Source of the DNA: Eledone cirrhosa
Lineage: Eukaryota
Direction of reading: 5' to 3'
Length of the DNA stretch: 64,000 nt
Assembly: GCA_964016885.1 (NCBI GenBank)
Contig: OZ024743.1
Span: 197,594,001 to 197,658,000, forward strand
Part shown: positions 1 to 11,866 of the stretch, one piece after another
Position numbering within the stretch: position 1 is the first letter of the stretch
Layout: every line of letters begins with the position of its first letter
Notes under the pieces: model-generated
Seen by the model: the letters and a program-made list of their open reading frames with translations, nothing else
What the model was told of the DNA's origin: nothing
Databases searched by the model: none
Translations under genes and position numbers: made by a program

Positions 1-1648
1 ACAATTAGAGTTTAAAAATTTACTTTCTAGCATATTTACAACCAGCATTGATTATAATGAGTGAATGTTTCACTAAGAGGTTCTAACAAACATAGGCAGC
101 TTGTGCCTTTTTTTGTGCAAAAATTTCCTACTGGGTTACTTATTTCCTCTGTCTACTTCTATAAAAGAAATTTATTTATGTCGCCATCTTTTTAACTGAA
201 TATATCCCAGCCATTCTCCGGTTAATCCGGCTATTTTGCTATTCAGCTATTTTGCTTGATTTAAACATAATACAAAATGGCAAATCACCACGCACGATTT
301 CATTGGCTGTCAATAAGTGCCATTTTTGTCTAATACGCATCGTTTGAGCCACCGATGTTTGGTCTTCGAGATTTATTTCCTTCTTGTTATTTTTCCTATA
401 ATATTGCTACAATATCAATAGCATTAGCCACACAAGCCTAAAATCCAATAATCATCCGATTAGCTATGCCTAATATCCGATAAATCTCTGCTTTACAGAA
501 GAAATCTATTGTATATCTCTCTAAGAAAAGGAAAAATATATTAAATCCTTACTTTTCAATGTAGCCACCTTCCTTCTCACATCAAATTTGTTTGATATGT
601 TTTATTTTCTTACCTCCTTTGATAAATGTTTTCTGATTCTTTGTCTATTTAACCAACATATATCAGTCCCGATTTTAATCTAATAAAACGTAAAATGTAA
701 AAGACCGAAAACACATATAAAGTAGAAAAACGAAAAAAGAAAAAAAACAACAACAAAAACAAGCAGAATGTTTTCAATGAAATTATCGAATTTCTAAATC
801 TGTATTTAAGAAAACTATTGAACAAATACAACTTAATAGCGTTAGTTTATCAATATAAACTCAGAAAGAGGTCACAGGAACAGGTAATCTTCGATAACTG
901 AAAGATGGTTGTCAGAGGATTCTTAAGCTGATAAAGAACGCCAAGCAAAAAAATAGTGAAAAATAATTCTTCTTGTATAAGGATTTGCTGTTTTTCTATG
1001 ATTTTTTCTTCTTTCAATAATGTTCTTATTTACATTCAAATCTAAAATCTTTCAATATTTTAAAGTCATTGTCAGTTCTTAAAGCATTATGTGTTCCTTC
1101 GACAAAACGATCTTGTCGAAAGGAATAGGATGGCAGGCGCTTAGTAAATGTTTCTCCCTCCCCTAAGTTATATCACAAAACCGTCACTAATTTTTATTCA
1201 TACATAGGAAACTACAAACCTATCGCTTGTTCTAATACGTTTTCTTCATTAAAACATCTGAACAAATAGGTTTAAGTGTGTGTGTGTGTATCTAATTTCT
1301 CAATACAAACCTTAGTTTGCAAAATTATTGACACTGAATCCTAAATAGACGGTAGTCCGTTTAGTAATATTGTTGTGGTCGTGTTTTCGTTGGCAATCGT
1401 CTGTTTACGACAGTACAGCGCGGCTCTACTTTATTTAACTGAGATAAAACTTATATGAGCATGAACAGTAGATCATTACGCATCTTTTGGCTTAAAAATC
1501 TAGAAATTTGGTCCAGCGGGAAAAAGTTTATAATCAAAGTTTGCTGATAAATCTTGTGTTCAAGTGAGTGAGTAGTAAGCGTGACGCTAGGGGAGGTAAT
1601 TACGAGGTAATTAAAAGGGGAGGTAATTACGAGTCTCTCTCTCTTTAC

Positions 1649-1772
1649 GGGGTCATCCAGAAATGACGAATTTTTTTCGGCGGAACTCTTGTGATTGTGA
1701 TTACGTTAGTCAAATATAGTCAAATCGCCGAATCCCCTCCTCCTAATTGACTACGTCATTTCTGAACGGCCC
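1649..1772. mobile_element. Small MITE (~124 bp) with ~20-bp imperfect terminal inverted repeats
   Basis: Left end GGGGTCATCCAGAAATGACG; right end CGTCATTTCTGAACGGCCC (reverse complement GGGCCGTTCAGAAATGACG). TA lies near both ends and there is no ORF. Confidence 0.55.
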
Positions 1773-1940
1773 TACTTGCGTCAGTGTGAAACATTACTTC
1801 ACTTTTCACTGCTAAAATGCTTTTTAAATACTTCGTTAAAAATTTATGTTTATTATCAAAGCTATTTTTTGTACCAATCTATCAATAGTTTGCGAAAATA
1901 TAGGTAAACATGTGAGTTAAATTTTTTTAATCGCATCGAT

Positions 1941-2298
1941 CGCTTTGTCGCACCGACTGTGACACTGTCTGACTGTCTGTCTGACTGACACCTTTGTCGG
2001 ACCGACACCTTTGTTCAAGCGGACAAGTTTGTGTCACTGACACCTTTGTTCGTGCCGGCATCTCTGCGAAACACCGATGACAACAACCAGACCAAAATTT
2101 CACTTCATTCTTCATTCTTCTTCAAGACCGATCGCCGACCGATCGTATCGGTTGCTCTTCATATACCAGGTATTCAACAGATAGTTTGCACTTCTAGTAT
2201 TATTAACAGTCGTGCGATTTTTTGTACCGATAGGTGCGAATAGTGCGCTATATTTTTGTACCGATAGGTGCGAATAGTGCGATAGGTGCGAATAGTGT
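1941..2298 (+). repeat. Short direct-repeat cluster upstream of the Helitron ORF (possible subterminal or promoter repeats)
   Basis: CTTTGTCG(C/G)ACCGAC x2, GACACCTTTGT x3, and TTTTTGTACCGATAGGTGCGAATAGTGCG x2 plus a partial third copy at about 2219-2297. Confidence 0.6.
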
Positions 2299-2760
2299 AC
2301 AATATTTTCTGAGATTTGCATCCACTAATTTCGCTTAATTAAAAATGATGTTTCGCGGCTTTTTGATCGGCTTATTCATTTTTTCCATGGCACGGAAATG
2401 GAGTATTTCCATTTCGAATCAAAACTTTTCACTAAAATCGGGCAATTGGACTGATCAAATTCACATTCATGCCAGTTTTTACAAATCCCAAAAACGAAAT
2501 TATCCTATTTCCAATCAGAAATATAGAACGCGCGCGTTAATCTTATCATTACTCATAATCGGTTGTGTCGAATTAAATCCTGGATCTGAATTTGAATTCA
2601 ATGAGACTGACAAAGATCAAAACATTGATAAAGAGAATTTAAAACGGAGAAAAACTGCAATTAGGAATAGGGAGTACAGACAACGGAAAGCTGCAGAAAT
2701 AAGAGAAAAAAGACAATCGGACGAAGCAAAATTTAAAAATAAGGCATGGCAAAAAGCATA

Positions 2761-2960
2761 TAGACTGAGAAGAGGCGATGAGGGCAAAAGTCAGGAGGCA
2801 TCGTATCAAAGAGTGCGCAGACTGAGGGCAGGTGATGAGGGCAAAAATCAGCATGCATTGAATCAAAAAGAGCACAGAGTGAGAGCAGGCGATGAGGGCA
2901 AAAGTCAACAGGCATTGTATCAAAAAGCACACAGATTGAGAACAGGAGAAGAAGGAAAAG
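2761..2960 (+). repeat. 60-bp coding tandem repeat (20-aa unit RLRAGDEGKSQQALYQKAHR-like, ~3.3 copies) in the Helitron ORF
   Basis: GG(C/T)GATGAGGGCAAAA recurs every 60 nt and the frame is preserved. Confidence 0.85.
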
Positions 2961-3460
2961 AAAAAGATGCCAGATATTTTTCACATTATTATTTTACAAA
3001 TGCACGGTTGATACAACAAAAACACAAATTTTTGTACAGAAAAAAACGAATTCAACGATTTAAAGACGATTTAATTCGCATGCAAAGGGAAATCATGTTA
3101 CACAAATTCACAAAATCATATTTGGCTTCGAAAAAAGAAAAACGAAAAAATCGGGCACAGTATAGGAAGAAATTCAAACAGGGCCTTGAAAAAGTTTCCA
3201 AAATCTACAGAGAAGCACAGGGAATTCGAAATTTCAAGTTTAATGAATTGAAAAAAACAATGGCTTCAGTTTATGCACACATCAAATTAGCTAAGAAGGA
3301 GGGGTTGACTGCATACTGGGGGGAAATATTTTACCATACTTTCACAAATGAACACTTTCTATTCCCAAAAAGTACAGTTGATTATTTTCCTCTAACACAA
3401 CTTGAAAACCACAAATTTCTGACTGATGACTGTCCAATAAATGAGTGCAGGTGTAAAGAT

Positions 3461-3748
3461 GGTGATGAGCCAAGTGAGGGAGTTGCACAAGGAGAGGGAG
3501 GTGAGCAAAGTGAGAAAGGTGCACAAAGAGGGGGGGATGAGCCAAGTGAGAAAGGTGCACAAAGAGGGGGAGATGAGCCAAGTGAGGAAGGCAAGCAAAG
3601 AGGGGGAGATGAGCCAAGTGAGGGAGGTGCACAAAGAGGGGGGGATGAGCCAAGAGAGAAATGTCCACAAAGAGGGGTAGATGAGCCAACTGATGGAGGT
3701 GAGCTAAGTGAGACAGGTGCACAAAAAGAGGGGGGTGAGCAAAGTGAC
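3461..3748 (+). repeat. 36-bp coding tandem repeat (GGDEPSEKGAQR, ~7-8 copies) in the Helitron ORF
   Basis: GATGAGCCAAG recurs at 3536, 3572, 3608 and onward. It explains the overlapping antisense ORFs at 3342-3807. Confidence 0.88.
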
Positions 3749-6321
3749 CAGGAATATTTTGATGGCAGAAAATGTACAGAACTTCTGACTTTGGCTAGAT
3801 TGTGCAAATTTGGTCCCCCATCAAATTACCCAGATCCCACCGCACGTCTAAAGCTAGCTAAACGAATGCGCAAGGCCATACATGAACTTTCACCTGATTT
3901 GATTGTGTCCCAAATTCGGAAAAAAATGGAAATCTTTGAGCAGTGTAAAGGATTCCATAGGGACAGCATCTATTGCATAGGACAGTCTGACTGCGCAAAT
4001 GGACTTGAACTGATTCGAAGTATGGCTCCTCACTCTCCTCGCATCCGTACACTTCTGAGATGTGTGTACAAAGTGAGATCAGTCTGTGTCTGGCTAGACT
4101 CCTATGACATTTCAATCTTGGAAGGAAATTGGTCAATGTTTGATGATCTAGCAAATCCCCAAAACATGTCCAACAATCTGCTAAGCCGTTTGAATGAGAT
4201 AGTGGAAAATGAAAATGAGAGCTTGCATTCAGAATCCTCAATCATGGCCAATTTTGCATCCATTATCAAACATTTTAATAAAGAGATTCAAAAAATGAAA
4301 ATCAACTCCTGTAACATTTACAAACAACGAGAATTAGATGCTAAACTCAAAGCATGGGAGGATTGGAGCCATTTGACAAATCCCTATCTCCTGGAAACCA
4401 TTCAACAAAACTACTCTCTACCATGTACGATTTGCTCTACATGTAGAAATAGTCTTGTCAAAAAGTCGATACCATCATTGGCTTCAATCAATGGCCTAGA
4501 AGTGGTCAAAATTCCAAATGTGTTGTCAAAGTTGAACATGTATGAGCAGATTTTGATCCAAATGGCCAAATGCTTCATCAATGTCATTAAATTGTCACCC
4601 TATCGTTTCAAAGGTGCACCATCAGATCTAGTAGCTGCTATTAAAGGAATAGCAACTCACATGCCACTACCAGTAGAAAACACAATCAATCATGTAATGA
4701 ACAAACTTCCACCGAATCAAAATGATGCATTTGAAATAATTGTTGATAGTCTTCCAACTAAAAAGGGCACAATTTGGCGATCGCTAGTGAATATGAAAAA
4801 TGTCTTTGATGCCTTGGAGTGGCTGAAAAACAACAATGACATTTACAATGACATTTTGATAGACAGAACCACAAATTTATAGGACATTGTTACATGCACT
4901 GGTGAAAATGTTTCCATCAATTTTCCACACATTCTCACACAAACTGGTGCTGAAACAGTCTATGAACACCATACTGTACAGCAAATGAAGCCTGCACTCC
5001 CAAATCAAAAGGACCTTGAACTGTTTCCCATGAAACGAGTTGAAGGTACTCTTCTTCCGGACAATGATCCAAACCTGGATCTGATGTGCTTCCCCCACTT
5101 ATTCCCTAAAGGAAAATTTGGAATGATGCACATGAACAGACCCCATGGTAGAGTAAAGCCATACATGTTCATCAGAAACAGACTCAGACATGAGGACCCC
5201 CGGTTTCGTAGAGACATTCAGTACATTCTCTACAATTTGGACAAGGCTGACAAAAGAGCACTAGATTCTGGCATTTACTCAAAAGTCCAAAATTGACACT
5301 TGCTCAATTTTATAAAAGATTGGAAGCCAATTATGAACAATTGGAAAGTGGTTTGTCAATGATGATGGCGAATGTTCGTGGAACAAAGCCATTTTGGGAA
5401 CGCAAGTGCTCCGACTTGAATGCCATAGATGAGAAATTCGGTCCTGCCCATTTGTTTATCACTCTTTCATGTGCTGAATACTTTTGGTCAGGCTTGAGGG
5501 AATTTTTGGAAAAACTCAATAAAGACATTGCAAATGTTGAAACAAGGCCGATAGGGAATCTCTGTGCAAATGATGTTGTGGCTGTCAGTGAGTACTTTCA
5601 CATTCGTTTTAGTGCTGTTTTTCATGATGTAATTTTAAATAAAAAAGGCCCATTTGGGGAAATTATTCATTACTTTTGGCGACTCGAGTATCAACAACGT
5701 GGTGCCCCTCACATTCACCTTAAAGCCTGGGTTCGGGACAGTGTAATTTTTGACAAAGATCCTAAAGAAAAAAATCAAGCAATTTATTGAACGCTGCATT
5801 ACTTGCCGGCTACCATCCCCTGTGGCCAGCCCAAACTTGGCAAATCTCGTTAGACGGTTCCTAGTCCATACTTGTGGCAAAGCATGCTGGAGAATAGTGG
5901 CGAGAGGGAAACATTGCGTAAAAAATGCCGTTTTAGTTTTGCACGTGCAGTGGGGCCATTTCGATTTTTCTCAGTTTCTGAAAGTATCAAATCACGAAAA
6001 AATGGTAATGGGACAAAAAAACTGTACCAATTGGAAAGAAAAGAATCAGAAAAGTACATAAATGACTACAATCCATGTTTACTTCTAGCCTGGCAAGCAA
6101 ATATAGATGTGCAATACATTGGTGAGAATAGTATGATTTTGAATAGATATGTCACCTGCTAAGGCTGAAAAAAATGAGGCTGAGGGAGTGTGATACTAGT
6201 AATGCACAATGGTCATTTTTAAATTTAAATTTTATTAAATAGTTGTTGCTTGCATTGCCTTAAAATAGTAACAAGAATGTACACATACTTTTTAAAAATA
6301 CATCATTATCAGTCAAATCAG

Positions 6322-6681
6322 TCAAATGTCACTAAAAGCCAGGTGGTCGATAACAACTTCTATAAGATTAGTTACATGCTCACACATTGGATCACCTCTC
6401 ATCAATGGCATTGGGTGTCTGAGATAATCGTGGAGATAACTGATGAAGTCACAAATGAAGTGATGGTCTTCCAGTGTGAACAACTCCCTATATCCATTGA
6501 TATATGTGATGGCTTCCGATTCATAGGTGCATTTTATGAGGAATTCCATGCATCCGATTTTCAGTGATTCAATGGGCATTTTATCAGAGATGATAAGGTA
6601 TTTGACCACGTTTTGCTTTGTAAGTAAATTGGAGAGAATCACTGCAGTCAAAGTAATTTCTTTGCATGGGTTTTTGTTCAT
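6322..6681 (-). CDS. 119-aa ORF resembling the BACK/BPM helices that follow BTB/POZ domains; possible captured or accessory gene fragment
   Basis: ILSNLLTKQNVVKYLIISDKMPIESLKIGCMEFLIK fits the pattern LxxxNVxxxLxxADxxxxxxLKxxCxxFI of SPOP/BTB-BACK proteins. The composition is non-repetitive. Recognised by eye only. Confidence 0.4.
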   Translation of the reverse strand: MNKNPCKEITLTAVILSNLLTKQNVVKYLIISDKMPIESLKIGCMEFLIKCTYESEAITYINGYRELFTLEDHHFICDFISYLHDYLRHPMPLMRGDPMCEHVTNLIEVVIDHLAFSDI

Positions 6682-6954
6682 TCTAAAAAGTTAAAATGAT
6701 AAAGTATTACTACTATATAACTTACATCTATTGTTGTAACACCATTGAAATGCCCAAGTTTCACCAATTCACTATTATGCACTAATCATCTCAAATGCAT
6801 TCATGATTTATTAGCTTTGTCATTAAGCCAGTTGCCTCAACTAGATTGCAATTATACTCAAAAGAACTTTAAAATGTCAATCACTTGTCAGTAATTCACT
6901 ATGATCATTTAATTATTAGATAGTTGTTGCTTGTATTGCCTTAAAAAATAGTAG

Positions 6955-8014
6955 ACCAGATAGAAAAATGCGTACAGCAAAAAAAAGTAATATTGTTGGA
7001 ATATAAACCTTTAAAAATACAGGACAAGGAATTAAAATAAAACTTTAAAAGAATAGGACAAGAAACTAAGATAAAACTTTAAAGAATTGAACAAGAAATA
7101 AAAAATGTTACAATAATATTAGTGGCAACATTTTTTTATTCGTTTCCTGTGCTATGCCCCAGTATCTTCTTGATTAGTGCATAATAATTGTCATGCTCTC
7201 ATTGTGCATTGCCCCTGAGCGGTTGGTTCTGGTTGGGGTTGGTTGGCTGAGCAGTTCTGCTCCGTCAGAATGACCATTGCAAGAAGAATTGGCCGATGCA
7301 GCTGCAGGTCTCCTCCAAGAATGCACTTCTGGTCCCGCAACACCAGACGAAGATGGAGAAGACGACCAGGACAAGATGTCGACTCTGACCACCGACTACG
7401 GCACCTCCCTCAACCACCGGTCCTCCCTCCCTCTGTCCCGTCATCCCTCCAGTCCTCCTGCTCCCCCTTCCTGTACCAGAAAGCTGTGGCACGCATTCAT
7501 CTGGACTGCCGGACTTAAAATCAAGGACAAGATGCAAGGAGAAGATGGACGGGTTGGTCAAGATCAAGGATGAGCGGGACGACAAGACCGTCCGCTGCTG
7601 CTCAAGATCTGTGCTCATGGGCCCATGGGTCCATTCACATTATGCATGACACATGAGGCGTGTCGCCGAATGATGAAATAGGGGTATGGTTATGGCCCAA
7701 TTGGTGTTTAAACCAGGATCAAATGATCCCCCGGTCTGACGACCACCTCTGAATGTGGAACCCAGAGCCTATGAATGTGGAACTCGATTTTTTACCAATA
7801 AAAATTTTGCCACTAATATTATTGTAAAATTTTTTATTTCTTGTCCAATTCTTTAAAGTTTTATCTTAGTTTCTTGTCCTATTCTTTTAAAGTTTTATCT
7901 TAGTTTCTTGTCCTATTCTTTTAAAGTTTTATTTTAATTTCTTGTCCTGTATTTTTAAAGGTTTATATTCCAACAATATTACTTTTTTTTGCTGTACGCA
8001 TTTTTCTATCTGGT
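6955..8014. mobile_element. Fold-back-like module: ~185/215-bp inverted repeats with internal ~33-bp subrepeats around a ~650-bp GC-richer core
   Basis: 6955-7140 (ACCAGATAGAAAAATGCGTACAGC...) is the near-perfect reverse complement of 7798-8014 (...GCTGTACGCATTTTTCTATCTGGT). The right arm has one extra AAAGAATAGGACAAGAAACTAAGATAAAACTTT unit. Confidence 0.75.
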
Positions 8015-8560
8015 ATAATCATTATTAACCGAATAATTAGCTGCATATATTATCAATTAAAATAAAGAAGTTATTTTTACTGCTATCTTAGCCTTACTGT
8101 AGTCTATTTTTACTAACATTAAATCTCATTCGTCAAGAAATGTATCGTAGACGACTAAGGTAAACATTTTGTTGTAGATATTGTTTGCATATGTTTAATG
8201 TGAACTTTCACACACGTGATTTCTATCACATGCAGCCCTTAATTCAGAGTAAGGCACCTGGGTATTTAGCGCCCTAAGTTAGCACTACACTGTACACCCC
8301 TTCTCCCAGTTATGCGCCCTATTCTCGCAAATGTTATAATTCAAATTTACAGTTTGACCAGATGAAAAACCTAGTTTTTGACACTTTTTGGTCTGACCAC
8401 ACAAAGAAAATTACTGAGCCTGCATTTTCTACTGCGCAGTCTACATTCATCCAAGTTAAATCATGTGACCGATCACAACCTATGGCAGTCACCATCCCTT
8501 TGGATCAGTCCACAACACTGCTACACAGCAACGATGTTTAGCAATTAAATAGGTAATGAC

Positions 8561-8956
8561 TGGGTAATGACTGAAAGAATATGATCGCGAATACAAGCGG
8601 CCGAAATGGGGTTCTTGATAGAGTGCGTAGCTCGGAGATCAGAGAGTCACTCCTGGTAGAGCCGCTACTTCTCCGAATTGAGAGATCACAGCTCCAATAC
8701 TATGGGCATGTGGTTAGAATGTCTCAGGAAAGAATCACTGGACAGATTTTACGGGCAAAACCAACCGGTAAGAGACCCAGGGGTAGACTCCAAGCAAGAT
8801 GGTTGGATAACATCCATCAACTTGGCTAGTCTCGCTTGGGGATCCAGCCGGATCAGTTGGAGACAGTTGCTTCTGACAAGACCCACTGGTAGGAGTGTTT
8901 GAGGATTTTTCTCCCACAACCCTCTCAGGAATAAGTGGGCGAAGAAAAAGAAGAAG

Positions 8957-8985
<29 letters not shown>
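8561..8985 (+). mobile_element. RTE-clade LINE 3' fragment with (GAA)n tail
   Basis: Translates to RVRSSEIRESLLVEPLLLRIERSQLQYYGHVVRM...KRPRGRLQARWLD, a typical RTE C-terminus, with stops. The (GAA)n tail is at 8941-8985. Confidence 0.85.
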
Positions 8986-8987
<2 letters not shown>

Positions 8988-9276
8988 TAATAATACAGAT
9001 TTGTATAAAACTGAGATCTGCACCCTAGCTTGTCTACTCTTAGCTCCGGTCCTGCACCTATGCGCATTACAAATTCATCTAATTCAGCACAAATTAATAC
9101 TTTCCCGCTCGAATTCAGTTTCAAATTATAATAAAAAGCCGGGCTTCGAAACCAGTACTTTTTGGTTTGCATTCGGAAGTTTTATCAACAAACTAAACAT
9201 CCGGTGTTTTTTTAATGCTTAGCGTTAATTAATTTTTGGCATGCTTCTTTCTTTTTCTTTGCTCTTTTCTTTATAT

Positions 9277-9315
<39 letters not shown>

Positions 9316-9951
9316 TTCATTTGTTTGTTTGTTGTTGACCGGAAATTAAGAGACCTTTTTTTCTTTCCTTGGATAAGTTTTGTTTGTTTTTCTATATGGT
9401 ATGTTTTTATTTTGTTCTGAAGTTTAGCAATTAACTTGAAATATCTATACAAAGCTTCACTAGTCTCTGCTACTTTGTTTTTCCAAAGGAGTTGTTTATT
9501 TAATTTGTTACAACGATGGAATCAAGTGCATTGACCATTCCCAGTTCGCTCTCTACTTGTATGCAGCATCACTAGCATCATCGGAGCAAGCAACTAGTTG
9601 TGTCACACTGAATGTTTCTATTATCTCAAGTAGTTATCGTAAATGTTTTACTTCATAATTGTCAGTCCTTTTTTTTTATACGTGGTAGACTCTCATACTT
9701 TCTCCCCCTCTCTCTCTTACACTAATTCTCTTTATCTCTTTCACACACTCTTTCTCTATCTCTATTTACTTTCTCTTCTATTTTATATTCGTATATTGTG
9801 TTAAGTAGAGGCGAAATGACAGATATTGATCGGCGATAAATTATTGTTTTATCAACTCAGAACGTCATGACCTCATATAGCCATTATAGGAGTTTTGTTG
9901 TTATAATTTGGTAGAATTGTTAGAGCATCTGACAAAACGCCTTGCGGTATA

Positions 9952-10440
9952 TTCTTCTTCTTCTTCTTCTTCTTCTTCTTCTTCTTCTTCTTCTTCTTCA
10001 CCCAGTTATTCCTGAGAAGGTCGTGGGACCAAAGTCCTCAAACACTCCTTCCAGTGTGTCCTGTCAGAAGCAACCCTCTCCAATTGATCCGCCTGGATCT
10101 CTAAGCGAGACCAGTCAAGCTCGTGGATGTTATCCAAACATCTTGCTTGGGGTCTACCCCTGGGTCTCCTGTTGGTTTTTCCCGTAAAATCTGTCCAGCT
10201 ATTCTTTCCTGAGACATTCTAACCACATGCCCATAGTATTGGAGCTTTGATCTCTCAATTCGGAGAAGTAGCGGCTCTACCTGGACTCTTTGATCTCCGA
10301 GCTATGCACTCTATCGAGTAACGTTACTCTGAAAGACACTTCCGAGGAACCCCATTTCGGCCGCTTATATTCGTGATCGTATTCTTTCGGTCATTACCCA
10401 AGATTCATGACCATAGGAAAGGGTTGGCACGAATACCAAA
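9952..10440 (-). mobile_element. RTE-clade LINE 3' fragment, same family as 8561-8985
   Basis: Reverse complement of the 8561 copy; (TTC)n at 9952-9999 is its (GAA)n tail. Confidence 0.85.
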
Positions 10441-10779
10441 TTGTTTTTATGAATACGAAAACCTGTAGCAATTCTCAGGTTATTGCTGAAGACATCACTC
10501 GGAAACTGCCATTAAGAATGTTGAGTGGAATACGACTAAAATCTTAAGTTGCTTGAAAAAAAATAAGGTAACAAAAAACAACAAAAACAAAAGCAAAACA
10601 AAATAAATAAAAGAAGGACGAGTTAGAGGAGGAAACTCCCACACTGTCTGTGTGGTTAAGGTGTTCGCTTCGTAACCAGATGTTTTTGTTCAGTCCCACT
10701 GACTAGGTTTCAGCTCACATTCTATTGTCGACATCGCCCTTAGGTCAATTCAATTTATTTATATGTAATCGGATCTTGA

Positions 10780-11130
10780 CGCAGCTTGGCTGAATGCGTA
10801 AGACGTTCGTTTCACAACCATTAAGTTCAGGGTTCGATCCCACTGCACACCATCTTGGGAAAGTATTATTTACCGTAGTCTCTGGTGCACCCATACTTTA
10901 TGATTGAAATTGCGTAGTTGGAAAGTGATGGGAAACTCATCGGATGGACTGTATATGTAATACAAAAGGCCAGCTTTGTGACACACTGTGTCCCGTGGAA
11001 TCGCCTTGCGAATCACTTTAAGGGTATGCCTGTTAATAGAATGCTCAGCCACTTACGCATCAATGACAAGGTAATTTCGTTGATGGAACAACTAGGTCAA
11101 TGATTGTCGAAACTGACGGAGGTCCATTCT
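10780..11130 (+). mobile_element. Decayed tRNA-derived SINE, second family
   Basis: B-box GGTTCGATCCC near 10831. The body (GTCACACTGTGTCCC..AATCGCCTTG.GAATCAC.TTAAGGGTA..CCTG) matches the minus-strand copies at about 41700-42010 and 54300-54560. Confidence 0.55.
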
Positions 11131-11654
11131 ATGTAATCAGGTGTCATGTAATGTATTTCATGGCTATAGCTATAAAGTCTTTGACTGAAAATCCTTCTAC
11201 GGTTTTAATTTGGAAGGGGATGAGGGTGGCTAGGTGTCCTTATGACTCAATGGCTTCGTGATTCATCATTACTATTATAGTTCCTTCAATATAGCTGAGT
11301 GGGAAAAGGTTTCGAGATCTCACCTCTCAAACCACTTGTGGTGAGTGTGTACATTGTCACTAGTACTGCAATGAGTTTGAGCATGTGATGTGGATAGTCT
11401 CAAATAAATTAAAAAAAATTAAATATTTTATTTTAATTATTTTTGCTTTCTAAATAACCCCCCCCCCCCCACGAAATAAAAACGAATGTACTGATTTTGT
11501 GATGTCATAAAGCTATTTCGTAGCGGGTTTATTTTTTTTAAGGTGTGATAATCATATTAGAAAAGGTATGAAAGCCATGAAGTTTAATTCCTCTTTCCTA
11601 AAATACGCAACATTTGTACTTAGTCAGAAGAATATTGTTATAGTATTTACTGAA

Positions 11655-11866
11655 AGGGTGGTAGATTGGTCAAATTGTTAGATGTCGAGTATAATGTTTC
11701 GTGGTATTTGTTTCAGCTTATTAACTATTGAAGTTCAAATCCCGCCGAGGTCAAATTTGCGTTCACCCTTCCAGGGATGATTAATTAAAATACCAGTCAA
11801 GTACTGGAGTACATTTAATCAATTTTCTCATCCACAAAATTTATGGCATTGTGTCTAAAATAGAAA
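11655..11866 (+). mobile_element. tRNA-derived SINE, family 1 (GAGTTCAAATCCCGCCGAGG..AACTTTGCCTTTCATCC..GGGGTCGATAAAATAAAGTACCAG)
   Basis: Aligns by eye to the cleanest copy at 63177-63403. Confidence 0.7.

Larger units (their letters stand above)
2345..6190 (+). pseudogene. Helitron/Helentron-type RepHel transposase, N-terminus plus HUH Rep domain; disrupted and truncated before the PIF1-like helicase
   Basis: ORF 2345-4882 ends in a DUF6570-like segment (CSTC...IPSLASINGL...LNMYEQILI...VNMKNVFDALEWLKNNNDIY). After an in-frame TAG (4880-82) come DLMCFPHLFPKGKFG, then by frameshifts (~5290, ~5770, ~5905) RGTKPFW...FGPAHLFITLSCAEYFW (Rep motif 1), EYQQRGAPHIHLKAW (HUH motif 2) and INDYNPCLLLAWQANIDVQYI...YVT followed by a shifted KAEK (motif 3). 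No Walker A helicase motif is seen downstream. Confidence 0.88.

Noticed and set aside
2639-4241. Antisense ORFs overlapping the Helitron gene (the same applies to those over LINE ORF2)
   Set aside because: Shadows of the real plus-strand frame and its coding repeats.
6683-6725. 43-nt GTAAG...TTTTAG intron on the minus strand upstream of the BACK-like ORF
   Set aside because: Splicing puts a stop immediately upstream in the BACK-like frame, so it does not extend the ORF.
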